DNA of 64,000 bases from Lama guanicoe (taxonomy: Eukaryota): NCBI GenBank assembly GCA_013239625.1, contig MU054662.1:13753798-13817797 (forward strand), in the 5' to 3' direction. Shown here piece after piece: positions 61,251 through 64,000 of this stretch (its first letter is position 1; every line of letters starts with the position of its first letter). The notes under the pieces are model-generated. The model saw nothing but the letters and a program-made list of their open reading frames with translations, ran no database searches and was not told the origin of the DNA. A program made the translations under genes and the position numbers.

Positions 61251-64000
61251 CTCGGAACTCGCCGAAGACACAAAAACACCTCGCTCGCTCTCTCAGGGTT
61301 TCTGCCTGTTTACGGATGGGAAAGCCTCCAGCAGGCCCCTCGTTCCGGGCTGACGGTTCTGAAGCACCAAGGAGTTCATGAGAAGGTCACGTTTTGAGTG
61401 AGTGTGTGTGTAGGACAGATAAAAGGACAGAGGGACAGGGAGGGACCGGGGTGGACTGAAGGCCTGCACCACCTCTTTGGGACGGCGGGCTCACTGACAG
61501 CTGGGGCTGCAACCGTCCTTTCCCGCAAGATGAGCCCCGTGGCTGCTGCCTGTGCTGCGCCCCTCCTGGTCCTGGTCTAGGGGACCCGGTCTGGGCTGCT
61601 CCAAATGCTCCCCACACACGTGGTCCTCCTGTCCCTCCACCCCGATGGGCTCTCATCTCGATGCCCAGGGTCCCCACGTCCGCTGGGGCACCCAACACGC
61701 TCCCAGGGTCCAGATGGGGGATGAGGAGCAGGGACAGGAGGCTGGGGGGTGGGGGGCACCGCGAGGCCAGGGCAGGGACGCCCTGCAGGGAGGAAGGCTC
61801 CCTCCTCCGGAGGACAGCCGGCCGGCGGGGGCTGGGCCGCACCAGGACCTCTGCTTTGATCACGAAGGGGGCTGCAGGCAGGGAGGGGATGCTGTGCACA
61901 GAGCCCTCCCCATCCACCCTGCGGCCCCAGTGAGCGCCGTCTGGGTTGCCGCCTCGTCCTCATCAGACCTCACGCCAGCCGCTGGATGAAGCTGGCTGCC
62001 CGGCTGAGTTCAATCCCAGCCCCATTTCAGTTTACACGTTTCCTCGGAATGCAATTTCCTCTCCTGGCTATTGGATTCCTTCAGGGCCTTGTAACTGATG
62101 AGTGGAGGCCACCAGGAGGGGGGATGGGAGGGGATGGGGGAGCTGGGCCAGTGACCCGGCGTCCACAGCACGCCACGTCCTCAGGGCACCGTCTAGAAAA
62201 GCCACAGAACACGTGGGTTTCCCGCGGCCAGGGGACCTCAGGAGAGGGGCAGCGCAGGCCTCACGTGACGCAGGCCCCCACGCTGGAGTGCCTGCTGCCC
62301 CCGGGCTCCCCCATAAACCACCACTCCTCAGTCAAACTGATTTTTTAAATCATTCACCTTCTTGCCCGTTCCCATGAGTAGAATTAGGGGCCCATTATCT
62401 TGTCCTCAGCCCGTAGGCACCTGGGGCCCCAGCCAATGAGCAGACTGGGGTTCACTGCTTCCAGGTATTTCTGACTGAAGCTCAGTTGAGCCCCAAGTGG
62501 GCAGGGGGTTGTCGAGAAGAGGATGTTCTTCGCAGGACCCGGGAACCTGAGCTGTGACCGGGGGGAGGGGTCGGCTGTGGCCACCTCCCCCGTCCGGCTC
62601 CAGGGCTGCTGGCGGCAGCAGGAACCGTCGCCCTGGGTGGCAGGTGCTGGGCCAGCTGGCCAGGCAGGCCGAGAGGGCCAGCGCCTTTTATATTTTCCTG
62701 CTCAGTGACGCCTTCGGCCAGCCTGTCTCCAGGAGACGAGTGAGGCCGGGACAAATCCCCGCACCTGCTGGGCTTCCTGGCGGAGGCTTAAGACCTTCCC
62801 CCGTCCGGTCGGCTTTACCCAAGACTGGGTTCCTGCCAAGGAGGTCTTGCTGAACCACTGCAAGTCTGCGTGGGGCTGCTGTGTGCACTACTGTACTTTA
62901 TTTTATCTCATTTTCAGTGGAGAGTAAGCTCTAGACGACTCCAGCCTTGGTATAATCCAGACTGAATCACGTTAAAAGCAGCAGCAAAATCCGACCCAGG
63001 AGCACCTCTGATGGTAACTGGTGCCTGATAACTGATTTTGAGAGAGCAAATTACACTTAGGCTGAAACACAGGGTTTGAAGAGAGAGATGGAGGGAGGAC
63101 CGTAAACATTAAGTGATCTCCTTCAGGAAGCCGAGAAACACTTCTCGAGTCCCTGCAGGAGAAATCGTACAGGCTCTCCAAAAAGGCACTGAGGCCAGGA
63201 AGAGAAGCAGCTACTCAGAGGCAAAGACGGTCCTCCAGCAAGTGCCAGCCCGATTGGATTGGTACTGTCTGCCTCCAGGATGCAAGGGAGCGATGAGAAG
63301 GATTAACTAGTGATGTCTGCAGCTGGCATGGCCAGAGAGGTATGGGCGCACGTGCAATGGGCTGCTCTGCTGCAGGGGCTGCCCACAAGTTTGGTGCCAC
63401 AGGGATCATCACGTCCTTCTCTGGAGCTGCTGAGCTCCGTTTGTGGCTTTGATAGAGGAAGAAGCCCACAGAGAGGTCTCAGAGGTCTTCGGGATTGTGT
63501 TCATCCGGGCCCATCAGCTGTCACGGGCCCTTCGAGGCATAGAACGAGCTGGTCCCATCACCCTCCGTAAAGCCCAGGGCCCCAGGGAAGGACCCGCCAC
63601 CACAGCCCCTGTGTCTTTGTCATCATGCGGCAGGATGAACTCGTGATTGCCTTTACTTCCGCACCTAAGGTATTGCCATAAGGTGAGATCCAGGCCTGCC
63701 TGCTCTGTGCTGCGTATTTTGCCCCCAGCGTTGTGTTTCTCTGCCCAGTTGCCTTGACTGTTTCCACGGACAGGCTCTGGGAAGGTGAGTGCGGGACGTC
63801 TGTCTAAGCACAAAGGAGGAAATGTGGCTTCCCTCGGTCCCCTTGTGTAACTGGCTACAGACTGCCCTCAGGCAGCCACCACGTGTTCCGGCAACTTGGC
63901 CGGAAGCAGGAAGGACAGTCTTACAGTTCTTGGAGGCACCACGTTCTGCCGGCCCCTCAGTGCGGTGGAAGCCAGGGCAGCCCAAGCAACCTCTCCGCAG

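Larger units (their letters stand above)
1..64000 (-). other. Large intron(s) of a minus-strand host gene flanking the microexon (probably AGAP1, between the GTPase-like and PH domain exons)
   Basis: No recognisable constitutive coding exon in 64 kb. A single strong microexon sets the strand. The content is repeats plus enhancer-like islands. Confidence 0.5.

Noticed and set aside
62118-62147. G-quadruplex motif
   Set aside because: Such G-run motifs are common in this GC-rich window and nothing singles this one out.
1-64000. Prokaryotic-type systems, tRNA/rRNA genes, processed pseudogenes
   Set aside because: None seen; the repeat content is clearly mammalian and non-coding.

Overview
Mammalian genomic DNA that is GC- and CpG-rich (subtelomeric-type). 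The L1 3' ends look cetartiodactyl, and I saw no Bov-tA/Bov-A2/BovB, CHR, PRE-1, Alu or CAN SINEs, so a camelid is a reasonable guess. I recognise no ordinary multi-exon coding sequence. The ORF track is essentially chance ORFs in GC-rich DNA plus decayed L1 fragments. The window reads as one very large intron of a minus-strand gene. It holds old repeats (L2, MIR, L1M/L1ME, MLT1, MER2), an internally deleted and partly inverted L1 with a nested L1 and an 89-bp tandem array, a young solo LTR inside an L2, and several AT-rich islands with PBX-HOX/MEIS/homeobox motifs (enhancer-like). The key signal is a typical neural (SRRM4/SRRM3-type) microexon on the minus strand at 30729-30740 (CTATACACCAAC, LYTN). 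It is followed by a stack of tandem 5' splice sites, an in-frame stop, a CpG-rich tract and variant poly(A) signals. Together these suggest a switch between skipping, 12-nt inclusion, 21-nt inclusion and a truncating terminal exon. By analogy with the AGAP3/CRAG isoform the host is tentatively AGAP1 (neighbour of GBX2); this is inference and has not been verified. Repeat boundaries and family names are from by-eye recognition and are approximate.
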